A stretch of DNA of 64,000 nucleotides from an uncultured Streptococcus sp. (GCF_963536705.1 NZ_CAUTAP010000002.1:40837-104836); one strand, 5' to 3'; positions 29,988 to 39,096 are shown, counted from the stretch's first letter. The notes: generated by a model from the letters alone, not told the origin. Numbers and translations are program-made.

Positions 29988-30778
29988 GAGGACCTGACCT
30001 CCACCTTGGCGAAATAGCGATCTTCTCCCAGCTCAATCAGCTCGACTGGCTGGGGATAAAATCGATCCATGACCTCTTTTTGAAGTATGTCTTCTTTAGG
30101 ACCTTGGGCTATAATTTCTCCTTCTTTTAGGAGAAGGACATGATCCATAGCAGCAGTGATTTCCTCTACATGGTGGGTGACATAGAGGATGGTTGGAGCC
30201 TGGTCCATCTGTGTAATCTTACCAATCTGATCCAGCAGGCGCTCGCGAGCAAAGAGATCTAGACCACTGGTCGCTTCGTCTAAGATAAGCAGTTCTGGCT
30301 TTTCCATGATACTGCGCGCAATCAGCAAGAGCTGCTTTTCCCCTTGAGATAGACTGATGTAGCTCCGGCCAATTAAATCTTGCCCGCCAATGGAGGCCAG
30401 CATTTCCCTAGCTTGATCCAGTTCTGCTTGTCCGTAAGGAGAGTAAAGAATACTGCTTTTATACTTGCCTGTCAGGACGACTTCTTCGGCAGTGAGATGG
30501 CTGGGCAGGCGTTCAGCAATGAAGGAGCCGACTACTCCAATCTTAGTTCGCAGCTGAGGAATGTCGTCGGCACCAAATTCAGTACCGAGAACTGTTACCT
30601 TACCCTGGGTCTTCCAATGTTCAGCCATGAGCAGGCGCAGAAGAGTAGACTTTCCAGAACCGTTGAGACCGAGAATAGCCCAATGTTCTCCCTTTTTCAC
30701 TTGCCAGTTGAGATCTTTTAAGATGGTTCGGCCTTGTTTATCCAAGCTTACATTTTCCAGTTTGATAATCTTTTCCAT
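29984..30778 (-). CDS. ABC ATP-binding protein (YlmA/ModF-like)
   Basis: GLNGSGKST, LSQGE, LDEATSGLD and VTHH motifs. Confidence 0.88.
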   Translation of the reverse strand: MEKIIKLENVSLDKQGRTILKDLNWQVKKGEHWAILGLNGSGKSTLLRLLMAEHWKTQGKVTVLGTEFGADDIPQLRTKIGVVGSFIAERLPSHLTAEEVVLTGKYKSSILYSPYGQAELDQAREMLASIGGQDLIGRSYISLSQGEKQLLLIARSIMEKPELLILDEATSGLDLFARERLLDQIGKITQMDQAPTILYVTHHVEEITAAMDHVLLLKEGEIIAQGPKEDILQKEVMDRFYPQPVELIELGEDRYFAKVEVRSS

Positions 30779-30852
30779 TTTTACTCTTTCTTTCGTTAAA
30801 TCTCCTTTATTATAACAAAATTTATGGTAAAATAACTGATAGGAGGAGTCAA

Positions 30853-31977
30853 ATGTTTCATAAAAGTAAGCTGATGTTTTGGACCAGTGAGGTCCTTTTG
30901 CTAACGATTATCTTCTTTATCTGGCGCCAGATGGGGGATATGATAACCCCGATTGTTAGCGTTGTGAATACAATCTTGATTCCCTTTCTTGTGGGAGGAT
31001 TTCTTTACTATATTACGAATCCACTGGTAAAATTTCTCCAGGACAAGCTCAAAATCAACCGAATGATTGGGATTCTGATTACGCTCAGCCTTTTATTTGG
31101 TTTGATTGCTTTGGGTGTTATTTATCTCTTGCCGATTTTGATTAATCAGCTGAGCAGCTTGATTAATTCAACGCAAGGCCTTTATTGGGAAATTCAAAGT
31201 TTTGTCAATCAATTATCTAAAAATCCGCTCTTTCGGAATCTGAATATCCAGTCCACCATCCAGCAGCTCAACCTGTCTTATGTGGACATTCTGCAAAATA
31301 TCCTTAACAGTGTGACCAATAGTCTGGGAAGTGTTCTGTCAGCAGTTGTCAATACGCTGATGATTTTGATTATGACGCCGATTTTCTTGGTTTACTTCCT
31401 CATGGACGGCCATAAGCTTTTGCCCATGCTGGAGCGGACAGTCCTCAAGCGGGATAAGCTCAATATCTCTAGTTTACTGACCAATCTCAATGCTACTGTT
31501 GCCCGCTATATCAGTGGAATTTCAATCGATGCCCTGATTATCGGTGCTCTGGCCTATATTGGCTATAGCGTGATTGGGCTCAAGTATGCTTTGGTCTTTG
31601 CTATTTTCTCCAGTCTGGCTAATCTGATTCCTTATGTGGGACCGAGTATCGGCTTGATTCCCATGGTCATCACTTATGCATTTACGGATCCTCAGAAGAT
31701 GGTGGCGGCCTTGATTTACATGCTGATTATCCAGCAGGTCGATGGCAATATCCTTTATCCCCGAATCGTTGGTGGTGTGATGAAGGTCCATCCTATTACC
31801 ATCATGGTGCTCTTGCTCTTATCCAGCAATATCTATGGCGTGCTGGGGATGATTGTGGCAATCCCGACCTATTCTATCCTCAAGGAAATCGCTAAGTTCT
31901 TGGCTAATCTCTACGATAATCACAAGGAAGCCCAGCAGCAGAAGAAGAACGAAGAGTTTGGGATTATTAATAAATAA
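30853..31977 (+). CDS. AI-2E family transporter
   Basis: NLIPYVGP, QQVDGNILYP and VHP motifs. Confidence 0.9.
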   Translation: MFHKSKLMFWTSEVLLLTIIFFIWRQMGDMITPIVSVVNTILIPFLVGGFLYYITNPLVKFLQDKLKINRMIGILITLSLLFGLIALGVIYLLPILINQLSSLINSTQGLYWEIQSFVNQLSKNPLFRNLNIQSTIQQLNLSYVDILQNILNSVTNSLGSVLSAVVNTLMILIMTPIFLVYFLMDGHKLLPMLERTVLKRDKLNISSLLTNLNATVARYISGISIDALIIGALAYIGYSVIGLKYALVFAIFSSLANLIPYVGPSIGLIPMVITYAFTDPQKMVAALIYMLIIQQVDGNILYPRIVGGVMKVHPITIMVLLLLSSNIYGVLGMIVAIPTYSILKEIAKFLANLYDNHKEAQQQKKNEEFGIINK

Positions 31978-32020
31978 GGATGAGTTTCGGAATTGATTAA
32001 TTCCAGAGTCTCGATACCAG

Positions 32021-32056
32021 AAAATAAGACGGAAGGAAGGCCTTCCGTCTTATTTT
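32021..32056. terminator. Intrinsic terminator after the AI-2E gene
   Basis: Perfect inverted repeat aaaataagacggaagg/ccttccgtcttatttt. Confidence 0.8.
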
Positions 32057-32128
32057 CATTTCCTGTGCACTAAATTTAAAAATATGATATAATCAGATTT
32101 ACCTATACTTTTCGAGGAGAAAGAATCA

Positions 32129-33469
32129 ATGGAAGACCCTGGCAGTCAGAATATTTTATGGCAAGCCTTACTACTGTTTATATTGACTTTGTTAAATGCC
32201 TTTTTCTCAGCTGCTGAGATGGCAATGGTATCGCTCAATCGGGCGCGTGTGGAGCAAAAGGCTGAAGAGGGCGACCTCAAGTATATCCGGCTCTTAGCTG
32301 TCTTGGAAAGCCCCAATAACTTCTTATCAACTATTCAGGTTGGGATTACGGTTATCAATATCCTGTCTGGGGCCAGCTTTGCGGATAATCTGGGGAAACT
32401 TTTCTCTTCTTGGATGGGAAATTCCGAAACTGCACGTGCTATCGGAACTTTCTTAGCCCTGATTTTATTGACATATATTTCCATTGTTTTGGGGGAGCTT
32501 TATCCTAAGCGCATTGCCATGAACCTGAAAGACAATCTAGCTGTACGGGCTGCACCAGTCATTATTTTTCTTGGTAAGATTGTCAGCCCCTTCGTCTGGT
32601 TGCTGTCAGCTTCAACCAACCTGCTGAGTCGAATAACGCCGATGAAGTTTGATGATGCAGACGAAAAGATGACCCGGGACGAGATTGAGTATATGCTGAC
32701 TAAGAGCGAAGAGACCTTGGATGCGGACGAGATTGAGATGCTGCAGGGGATTTTCTCTCTGGATGAGCTGATGGCGCGTGAACTAATGGTGCCGCGGACG
32801 GATGCTTTTATGGTGGACATTCAGGGCGATACCAAGGAAATCATCGAAAGCATTCTCAAACAGAGCTTCTCGCGGATTCCTGTCTATGATGGGGATAAGG
32901 ACAATGTCATCGGTCTGATTCATACCAAGCGACTGCTCAATGAAGGATTCATCAATGGTTTTGATAATATCGTTCTGCGCAAGATTCTGCAGGAGCCGCT
33001 CTTTGTACCGGAAACCATGTTTGTCGATGATTTGCTCAAGGAGTTACGCAACACGCAAAATCAAATGGCAATTCTCTTGGATGAGTATGGCGGTATGGCT
33101 GGTCTGGTTACACTGGAAGACCTCTTGGAGGAGATTGTCGGTGAGATTGACGATGAGACAGACAAGGCTGAAATCGAAGTCCATGAAATCGGTGAGAATA
33201 CCTACATTGTCTTAGGAACCATGACCCTCAATGACTTTAATGAATACTTTGAAGTTGAAATTGAAAGTGACGATGTGGATACGATTGCTGGTTATTACTT
33301 GACTTGTGTAGGGACTATTCCAGATCCGAAGGAACGCATTAGCTACGAAGTCGAAAGTCAGAATAAGCAGCTCATTTTGACCAATGACAAGGTTAAAAAT
33401 GGCCGTGTCACGAAGGTTAAGGTTAAAATTTCGGAACAAGTGGAAATAGATGAGGAAGCTAATAAATAG
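32129..33469 (+). CDS. CNNM/CBS/CorC 'hemolysin family' protein (probable Mg2+/Co2+ efflux)
   Basis: FFSAAEMA, GELYPK, MVPR, SRIPVY and DEYGG motifs. Confidence 0.9.
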   Translation: MEDPGSQNILWQALLLFILTLLNAFFSAAEMAMVSLNRARVEQKAEEGDLKYIRLLAVLESPNNFLSTIQVGITVINILSGASFADNLGKLFSSWMGNSETARAIGTFLALILLTYISIVLGELYPKRIAMNLKDNLAVRAAPVIIFLGKIVSPFVWLLSASTNLLSRITPMKFDDADEKMTRDEIEYMLTKSEETLDADEIEMLQGIFSLDELMARELMVPRTDAFMVDIQGDTKEIIESILKQSFSRIPVYDGDKDNVIGLIHTKRLLNEGFINGFDNIVLRKILQEPLFVPETMFVDDLLKELRNTQNQMAILLDEYGGMAGLVTLEDLLEEIVGEIDDETDKAEIEVHEIGENTYIVLGTMTLNDFNEYFEVEIESDDVDTIAGYYLTCVGTIPDPKERISYEVESQNKQLILTNDKVKNGRVTKVKVKISEQVEIDEEANK

Positions 33470-33650
33470 TTGACTCTTTATAAATCAAACAGGCTTTCTT
33501 ATAAAGAAGGTCTGTTTTTGATTGCTGTAATAAGGCGGTTTGTTTCATTGAGTTAGAGATGATCCAATAGTAAAATTGCAGAAAAGGTTTTAAGATTCCG
33601 ATTACACAATTTTTATGGTAAACTACATTTAGAAAGACACGGTATTTTGT

Positions 33651-34259
33651 ATGACTAAACGATTAAAATCTATTCTTTTATCTCTGCTTTGCATTTTCGT
33701 ACTTGTAATAGGAGGTAAATTTTATATGGATCGAATGAAAGTGGATAATCTCTACCGGCATGGTTTTCAGCTCTATGAAGAACAAATCGCAACCTACCTA
33801 AAAGAGCATTACAGCGGTATCAGTAAAATCGAATTTTCTCCAATTTTTAAAAGTGGAGGAAGTGGAGAAGGTTTTGTCTATGCTCGTATAGTCCCAGTTG
33901 TTTATGATACATATGGTAATAAAGTATATTTGCGCAATGATGGTGTTTTAAAGATGGGTGTGGCAGATTATGAAATGACAGCCGGAATTGATTTAGACTT
34001 TAATGTCAATGACGGTTCGGAAATAATATATTTGCGTAATAATCAGAAAGAGTCTATTAGTGTAGAAAGTTACCAGAATCTACCAGATAAATTAAAATTG
34101 AATAAGGATGAAATTACTGATGAAAAGATGGAGGCTTTTTCACGTGAAGGGTATTTAAAAGGAGTAGAAAAAAATAGCTTAGGTAGTCCCAAAGCTGAGA
34201 TTGTCTATAATTTAGAAATTAGACGCATACAGGGAAGGGAGTTTTATGAATGGAAGTAA
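33651..34259 (+). CDS. Membrane-anchored paralog 1 (putative toxin immunity protein)
   Basis: N-terminal TM ending IGGKFYMD; conserved N- and C-terminal blocks shared with four neighbours. Confidence 0.75.
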   Translation: MTKRLKSILLSLLCIFVLVIGGKFYMDRMKVDNLYRHGFQLYEEQIATYLKEHYSGISKIEFSPIFKSGGSGEGFVYARIVPVVYDTYGNKVYLRNDGVLKMGVADYEMTAGIDLDFNVNDGSEIIYLRNNQKESISVESYQNLPDKLKLNKDEITDEKMEAFSREGYLKGVEKNSLGSPKAEIVYNLEIRRIQGREFYEWK

Positions 34260-34303
34260 CGCACGAATTTGGTAAGTTTGGATAGAAAGAAGAGGAAAAT
34301 TAT

Positions 34304-34912
34304 ATGTCAAAACGAATAAAGTCAATTCTTTTATCTTTGCTTTGCATTTTCGTACTTGTAATAGGAGGTAAGTTTTATATGGATCGAATGAAAGTGGACA
34401 ATCTCTACCGGCACGGTTTTCAGCTTTATGAGGAACAAATCGCGACTTATCTAAAGGAGCATTATAGCGGTATCAGTAAAATCGAATTTTCTCCGATTTT
34501 TAAAAGTGGGGGAGGAGGAGAAAGTTTTGTAAACGCTCGAATAGTCCCAGTTGTTTATGATAGTTATGGAAATAAAGTCTATCTACGAAATGATGGAGTG
34601 CTAGATATGGCAGTGCCAGATTATGGAACCCTTGCTGGTCTTGACTTAAGCTTTAATGTCAATGACGGGTCAGAGATTATCTATCTGCGAAATAATGAAC
34701 GCGAGTCTGTAAGCTCAGAAATATATCAACACCTTCCAGAACAGTTAAAATTACAAAAAGAGGAATTTACGGATGAAGTGATGGCTGCTTTTTCCCGTGA
34801 GGGTCATCTAAAGGCAGTTGAAAAAAATAGTCAAGGCAGTCCCAAGGCTGAGATTGTCTATAATTTAGAAATCAGACGAGTAGATGTACGGGAGATAGGC
34901 AAATGGAAGTAA
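34304..34912 (+). CDS. Membrane-anchored paralog 2 (putative immunity protein)
   Basis: Tandem paralog, 202 aa. Confidence 0.75.
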   Translation: MSKRIKSILLSLLCIFVLVIGGKFYMDRMKVDNLYRHGFQLYEEQIATYLKEHYSGISKIEFSPIFKSGGGGESFVNARIVPVVYDSYGNKVYLRNDGVLDMAVPDYGTLAGLDLSFNVNDGSEIIYLRNNERESVSSEIYQHLPEQLKLQKEEFTDEVMAAFSREGHLKAVEKNSQGSPKAEIVYNLEIRRVDVREIGKWK

Positions 34913-34956
34913 CCCACCAATTTAGTAAGTTGGACTAGAAAGAAAAGGAGGTTTGT

Positions 34957-35565
34957 ATGACTATACGAGTAAAATATATTCTTTTATCTTTGCTTTGCAT
35001 TTTCGTACTTGTAATAGGAGGTAAGTTTTATATGGATAGAATGAAAATAGACAATCTTTACCGGCATGGTTTTCAGCTTTATGAGGAACAAATCGCGACT
35101 TATCTAAAGGAACATTACAGCGGTATCAGTAAAATAGAGTTTTCCCCTATTTTTATTACAGGAGGAAATGGGGAAAGTTTTTTACAAGGCCGTGTAGTTC
35201 CAGTGGTTTATGATAGTTATGGAAATAAAGTCTATCTCAGAAATGATGGTTTTGTTGAGAAGGTTCTTGTGGATTATAAGATGGTATTTGGGACTGATTT
35301 GGATTTTAATGTTAATGATGGCTCGGAAATTATTAATCTAAGAGATGATAAAAGAAGACACAATAGTGTTATTTGGGGGCAACCTCTACCTGAAAATTTG
35401 AAATGGGTAGACCACGAGACAACAGATGAATCGATGGAAGCTTTTTCTCATGAGGGATATCTTAAAGATGTAGAAAAGAATGACCAAGGTAGTCCCAAAG
35501 TTGAGATTAGTTATAATTTAGAAATTCAACGAATTGATGAAAGGGACTTGGATAAATGGAAGTAA
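34957..35565 (+). CDS. Membrane-anchored paralog 3 (putative immunity protein)
   Basis: Tandem paralog, 202 aa. Confidence 0.75.
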   Translation: MTIRVKYILLSLLCIFVLVIGGKFYMDRMKIDNLYRHGFQLYEEQIATYLKEHYSGISKIEFSPIFITGGNGESFLQGRVVPVVYDSYGNKVYLRNDGFVEKVLVDYKMVFGTDLDFNVNDGSEIINLRDDKRRHNSVIWGQPLPENLKWVDHETTDESMEAFSHEGYLKDVEKNDQGSPKVEISYNLEIQRIDERDLDKWK

Positions 35566-35608
35566 CCGATTAATTTAGTAAGTTGAGATAGAATGAGGAG
35601 AGTTTTAA

Positions 35609-36214
35609 ATGTCTAAACGAACAAAATCTATTCTTTTTTCTTTTATAGTTTTTGTTGTTCTTGTGATAGGCGGCAAGTTTTATATGGATCGAATGAAAGT
35701 AGACAATCTCTATCGTCACGGCTTTCAACTTTATGAGGAACAAATCGCAACCTACCTAAAAGAGCATTACAGCGGTATCAATAAAATCGAATTTTCTCCG
35801 ATTTTTATTAGTGGAGGAAAGGGAGAAAGCTTCGTTCATTCTCGGGTTATACCTGTGATTTATGATAATTATGGCAATAAAGCCTATCTCCAAAATGGCA
35901 GACCCCTAGATATTGGAGTACCTCGTTATGGAACATTTTCCGGTCTAGAATTAGATTTTGCGTACGGTGGCTCCGAGTTTATTCATTTGTTAAATGATGA
36001 GAAAGAATATATACAAGCTGATCAGTATCAGCACCTGCCTCCAGAATTAAAGTTAAAGAAGGATGATATCATGGATGAAGTTATGACGGCCTATGTGAAT
36101 GAAGGACTTCTAAAAGGAGTTGAAAAAAATAGTCAAGGCAGTCCCAAGGCTGAGATTATCTATAATTTGGAAATTAGGCGAGTGCAGGGAAGAGAGGCTT
36201 TCGAATGGCAGTAA
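35609..36214 (+). CDS. Membrane-anchored paralog 4 (putative immunity protein)
   Basis: Tandem paralog, 201 aa. Confidence 0.75.
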   Translation: MSKRTKSILFSFIVFVVLVIGGKFYMDRMKVDNLYRHGFQLYEEQIATYLKEHYSGINKIEFSPIFISGGKGESFVHSRVIPVIYDNYGNKAYLQNGRPLDIGVPRYGTFSGLELDFAYGGSEFIHLLNDEKEYIQADQYQHLPPELKLKKDDIMDEVMTAYVNEGLLKGVEKNSQGSPKAEIIYNLEIRRVQGREAFEWQ

Positions 36215-36333
36215 CACACTAATTTATTTAGGAAAAGATACATACGAAGAATTTTCCATATGATTAATTGAGTTCTTTTCATTCGTTCTTCTTTTTTGTG
36301 GTAAAATTAATATATAAAGAAAAGGAGGTTTGT

Positions 36334-36942
36334 ATGTCTAAACGAACAAAATCTATTCTTTTATCTTTGCTTTGTTTTTTTGTACTAGTAATAGGAGGTA
36401 AATTTTATATGGATCGAATGAAAGTGGATAATCTCTACCGGCATGGTTTTCAGCTCTATGAAGAACAAATCGCAACCTACCTAAAAGAGCATTACAGCGG
36501 TATCAGCAAAATCGAATTTTCTCCTATTTTTAAAAGTGGAGGAAGAGGGGAAGGGTTTGTCCACGCTCGTATAATTCCAGTAGTTTATGATACTTATGGT
36601 AATAAAGTCTATCTTAGAAATGATGGAACTATTGATACTTTAGTTCCTAATTATGTTTTGACTTCTGGAATTGAGTTGGATTTTAATGTCAATGATGGTT
36701 CAGAAATTATATATTTATATAATGAAAAAAATGAATCTATTGAAGTAGGACAATATCAACATCTCCCAGAACACCTAAAATTGAAGACGTATAAGAGTAC
36801 TGATGCTATAATTACTGCTTATTCACAAAAAGGATCGCTAAAAGGAGTAGAAAAAAATAGCCAAGGTAGTCCCAAGGCTGAGATTATCTATAATTTAGAA
36901 ATCAGACGAGTAGATGTACGGGAGGTAGGTAAATGGGAGTAA
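36334..36942 (+). CDS. Membrane-anchored paralog 5 (putative cognate immunity protein)
   Basis: ATG 36334 after AAGGAGG gives 202 aa like the others; overlaps the start of the 503-aa gene. Confidence 0.75.
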   Translation: MSKRTKSILLSLLCFFVLVIGGKFYMDRMKVDNLYRHGFQLYEEQIATYLKEHYSGISKIEFSPIFKSGGRGEGFVHARIIPVVYDTYGNKVYLRNDGTIDTLVPNYVLTSGIELDFNVNDGSEIIYLYNEKNESIEVGQYQHLPEHLKLKTYKSTDAIITAYSQKGSLKGVEKNSQGSPKAEIIYNLEIRRVDVREVGKWE

Positions 36943-38444
36943 CCCACCAGGATATTCAGCGTATACAATCTGATACAAAATTTTACGCAACAAATCCATC
37001 AGAAAAGATAATTGAAAACAAAGCTACAGGCCAAAATTTTCAAATCATTGACCGAATGGAGGGGGTGACTCAGGCTATTGCAGTAGCTCCCTTGGATGCT
37101 AATGGGGAGCCCATTGTTTCCCAGACTATTGTGACAGTCGCAGGAACCCAGCCAGTTTTTGCCAACCCTATCAGTTCAGACCATTGGGCATCAACCAGCA
37201 ATGCATTTGGGGGTGCTTATGGGGATGGAATGACAGCTCAGTATGAGGATATTGAAGCTTTTTATCAGCGTGTCCAGAAGATTACAGAAGTAGGTGACAA
37301 GAAGCTAAACCAGCCGGTCAGAATTTATGCCATGAGTGGCTTTAGTCAATCGGCAACTCCAGTTGTCAAGATAGCAGCGGAACATAACGTCCCTATGGTC
37401 GTCAATTATACAGACTGGGGTGCTCAGGCTGCTCTTGATAAGGGGAATTTTACTGCCAGTGATTTAGCATATATCAATCGACATGTTACGACCTATGATG
37501 CTAATACGAAAGATACGACCATAATGGATAGTAGCGGTGGACGGATTCCTTATGCTAATATTATTTCCCGTGAAGGAACGCAAGGACTGCATTCCCCTGC
37601 AGAAGATCACAACCCTGCAGCATTCTATATTGTTGGCAATAGACTTGATACAGAAAAGTATGCTAAGAGGGGTGAGTTTGTATCAGGGATGACTCCAGAT
37701 CAGGTACGTGCAGCTGCTAAAATCAAAGCTGAGCGAACCCCTATCTGGGACAAACACGATGAAGCTTACTTCATTCGAGAATACTATGAAAAGTTTCCGC
37801 CCAAGATTGGTAATATGCTGGATTTAGACTGGTATGCAAAAAAAGGTGAATTCTTTGTTGGTATGACGGAGAAGCAGGTGCGTAAAGCAGCTAAAATTAA
37901 AGCCGAACAGTCACCTTTCTGGGACAAACACGATGAAGAATACTATGTTAAAGAGTATAAAAAGATATACGGTGAGTTTATATCTGAGGCTAGATATAAG
38001 CGCTTATTGGCTATTAATCGTGCGATTGAGACAATTTCTTCGGCTCAGTCTGGTTTTTCAAGCGTTAGTGGGAGCCAGCTGGTTTATCTGCGAAAAGATC
38101 TTGTGACTGCAGTTGCGGATTTAGCTGAACAGCAAGGAGCAGAGTTTGAAGAGCTAATCAAGCAAAAATTGAGTGAATATAAGCAAAATATTGAAAACAT
38201 GGTGACATCACTCCGATTGATAGCTTATGGTAGCAGAATCTATTTATCGGATGATGAGTTGGAATCGATCTTGTCCCAATTTACATTGGAGACTTGTTGG
38301 GATAGTGGGGTTGAAGAAGCAACGCTAAGTGAGGCGGCTTCTTACAAACAAAAATTGGATATTTTTGGTTCTAATATACGCCAAGCAGCTGATAGACTCG
38401 AAGAAGTGGATCGTCAAGGAAGTATACAGTTTAGTAGCAAGTAG
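36933..38444 (+). CDS. Putative type VII-secreted toxin: lipase-like N-terminus, internal repeat, helical C-terminus
   Basis: TVAGT, SGFSQS and EDH motifs; no signal peptide; helix-rich last ~150 aa; flanked by the paralog array and two small helical genes. Confidence 0.62.
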   Translation: MGVTHQDIQRIQSDTKFYATNPSEKIIENKATGQNFQIIDRMEGVTQAIAVAPLDANGEPIVSQTIVTVAGTQPVFANPISSDHWASTSNAFGGAYGDGMTAQYEDIEAFYQRVQKITEVGDKKLNQPVRIYAMSGFSQSATPVVKIAAEHNVPMVVNYTDWGAQAALDKGNFTASDLAYINRHVTTYDANTKDTTIMDSSGGRIPYANIISREGTQGLHSPAEDHNPAAFYIVGNRLDTEKYAKRGEFVSGMTPDQVRAAAKIKAERTPIWDKHDEAYFIREYYEKFPPKIGNMLDLDWYAKKGEFFVGMTEKQVRKAAKIKAEQSPFWDKHDEEYYVKEYKKIYGEFISEARYKRLLAINRAIETISSAQSGFSSVSGSQLVYLRKDLVTAVADLAEQQGAEFEELIKQKLSEYKQNIENMVTSLRLIAYGSRIYLSDDELESILSQFTLETCWDSGVEEATLSEAASYKQKLDIFGSNIRQAADRLEEVDRQGSIQFSSK

Positions 38445-38452
38445 GAGGAACT

Positions 38453-38746
38453 ATGGTAAATCTCAGAAGAATAGAATTAACAGCGAATAATAATCTTGTT
38501 GAACTAATGAAGGCTCAAGAACGGGAGATGATCGATGCTCTGATTCAATCGGAGAAATCTAAGGTTACAGCGCAGTCTAGTCTTTTAGCTGCTTGGTTGG
38601 CTGAGCAAAAGCTACAGATGTCTGATTTTGCTACTGCTACTCTCAATAACAGTCTAAAGGGTGGATTTTCTGGGAATGCTGCGACAGCTGCGACAAATTA
38701 TCTAACAAATATCCCACAACCAAATCTGCAAAACCCTATTAAATGA
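38453..38746 (+). CDS. Small helical protein, WXG100-like (putative secretion partner)
   Basis: 97 aa; FSGNAATAA turn motif; AGGAGG SD. Confidence 0.55.
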   Translation: MVNLRRIELTANNNLVELMKAQEREMIDALIQSEKSKVTAQSSLLAAWLAEQKLQMSDFATATLNNSLKGGFSGNAATAATNYLTNIPQPNLQNPIK

Positions 38747-39096
38747 GGTCTGCTATGGAACAGATATTCAGACTAGAAGAGAAATATAAGCAAGAATTAA
38801 AGAAAATAGAGCAAGTTGAAGAAGTACTGGATTCTATGAGATTAGATGCTCGGAGAAAGACGGATTTATTGAGTGAACAATTGCTTTACTATTCTAGAAA
38901 TCATTCAACTGATGAGATATATCGGGCAGTTAGTAAGATGAATGACAATATGGAACAATTTGATTTGTCTTTCAGAAAATTTTTTGACGAACTTAGTGAA
39001 GAGAGGGAAGAAATAACCGCTAAATATCGGAAAGACTTAGACCGATTGGAGGATGAATATTATAAAAGAAGGAAAGCTGAGAATTCTCAAGTATAG
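38743..39096 (+). CDS. Small charged helical protein (putative secretion partner)
   Basis: 117 aa with a coiled-coil pattern; 4-nt overlap with the upstream gene. Confidence 0.6.
   Translation: MRSAMEQIFRLEEKYKQELKKIEQVEEVLDSMRLDARRKTDLLSEQLLYYSRNHSTDEIYRAVSKMNDNMEQFDLSFRKFFDELSEEREEITAKYRKDLDRLEDEYYKRRKAENSQV

Noticed and set aside
32129..33469. 'Hemolysin' as a cytolytic toxin
   Set aside because: The domain content is CNNM-CBS-CorC, a metal-transport family; the hemolysin label is historical
36268..36333. Upstream extension of paralog 5
   Set aside because: ATG 36334 has a strong SD and gives the same length as the other paralogs
33651..36942. The ~650-bp periodicity as a CRISPR array or non-coding repeat
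   Set aside because: The units are intact protein-coding paralogs; there is no short repeat-spacer structure and no cas gene
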